From positions 1 to 64,000 of the forward strand of contig NIVC01002200.1 of the NCBI GenBank assembly GCA_002269645.1: a stretch of 64,000 nt of DNA, written 5' to 3'. How positions within the stretch are numbered: position 1 is the first letter of the stretch; every line of letters begins with the position of its first letter. Below, in pieces: positions 62,771-64,000 of the stretch. Position numbers and translations under genes: made by a program. The notes beneath the pieces were generated by a model. That model searched no databases, was not told the DNA's origin, and saw only the letters and a list, made by a program, of their open reading frames with translations. The DNA comes from Macrostomum lignano. Its lineage: Eukaryota.

Positions 62771-63329
62771 AGCTAGATAATTGGTGACTGCATATTATTT
62801 TCAGTATATTTACAAGCAATAGTATGAGTATGTAGTTGAGACATTTTATCCCAGAAATGATGAATGCTATAGGTACAATTTTTGTCACTTAATGTGTACG
62901 TACCTAAATAATGATTTTTATTGATTGTCAGTATGGTGTAGTTTTTATATATTATTATTCGAGTTAATCATTATAACAAATATTTTAAATACATTGATTA
63001 TTGCCATAGTGTTTTACTGTCAGTCATTATATGCTAATATGATTTTATGCACTGTTATAACAATAATTATTTTATTCGTCCATTTCACTCACTTGTCTGT
63101 TACTGTATTTTTGTACACAAATTTGGCTTATCTTTTCTGGCAATATTTTTGTTGGCTTTTTCTTTAATGCTTCGAATTACCTAATCGACCCGGTTTGTTT
63201 TATTTTTAAGTATAAATTGCTCGAATATCCATTTGTTTATTCTGATCTGACTGAAGTTTGGCATTCTTGCTTTTGGATCGTTTTGTTTATTTGTACTTTT
63301 AGGCAGCATAGTCATTAGCTGCATAGTGA

Positions 63330-63520
63330 GCCCTTGGCTGATTCAGCGGCAGTATTGACGGGACTCCTGAGCACATGCAAGCGCGCCAATACTGTACACA
63401 GGCAGGCACTCATGCACACGCTCACACAGGGTGTACAAGCCTTGAATGCATTTTTGTGCAAGGAATCGAACCAGGGACCCGGGTGCAAGAGTCAGACGCT
63501 GCTCTGGCCCTGTGTAGACA
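63330..63520 (-). mobile_element. Probable tRNA-derived SINE
   Basis: B box ggttcgattcc on the minus strand (about 63463-63473); body cgccaatactgtac...ctcacacagggtgtaca is shared with 18661-18714 in Pur-alpha intron 1. Confidence 0.55.
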
Positions 63521-64000
63521 CTTTAAACATGTTTGAGACGCCTTGAATATTGTTCAGACACTTAAAGTACATTAAGACACTTTACCTGCATAGCAAAATG
63601 ATGTATCCAATATTTTTTGGTTGCAGGAACGTCCTTGAGACATCCAATTTATTTATTAATAAAATTACGTATTGGATACGCAATTTTGCTATCAGGGTTA
63701 GACATTTTTGAGACATTTTGAGCACATCTATCAGTATTTTACACTTTACACTTTAAACATGTGAGACATTTTTGGACATCTGAAATGATTCGGACATATT
63801 TGAGACACTCTAGGGCTAGGCCATGAAAGAATAGAATGGAGTGCAAGCAAGTTATTTTATCTCGCTCGATTTTCGCTTTTATTGGCTCGTGACTGCCATA
63901 GACAAAGTATTTTTCGTCTCGTTTTCGCTTTCGTTCCCCTCTAAAAGGTCTGTCCCAGCATAGTTCGAGCTCGCATCAAAATATGCTTTCAGCCAATAGG

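Overview
This is eukaryotic genomic DNA, with no prokaryotic-type system. Spliceosomal introns stuffed with minisatellites and GC-rich exons suggest a free-living flatworm such as Macrostomum (inference only). I reconstructed gene models by hand from splice sites and phases. (1) First two coding exons of a GABA-A-beta/LCCH3-like Cys-loop receptor (-, continuing off the left edge). (2) Complete 3-exon Pur-alpha (-, 250 aa), with an unexplained coding-like 82-aa ORF in intron 2. (3) Complete 7-exon Neurexin IV/CASPR (+, about 1350 aa), head-to-head with Pur-alpha. (4) Complete 4-exon MTMR9-like pseudophosphatase (-, 590 aa), whose intron 1 holds a decayed THAP/P-element and nested non-autonomous elements. 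(5) Two tandem copies of an unrecognised 3-exon gene (about 484 aa), possibly with a TIR-like C-terminal domain, showing block-wise in-frame divergence. Also present are a mariner relic, tRNA-derived SINEs, MITE/foldback elements with clear TSDs and many tandem arrays, which explain all the very long low-complexity ORFs in the track. The most unusual signal is a 64-nt ungapped match to the 28S rRNA R2/I-PpoI target region, present twice inside inverted-repeat elements. Its mismatches cluster at the cleavage site, and it is preceded by a U1-5'-end-like / AG|GT motif.
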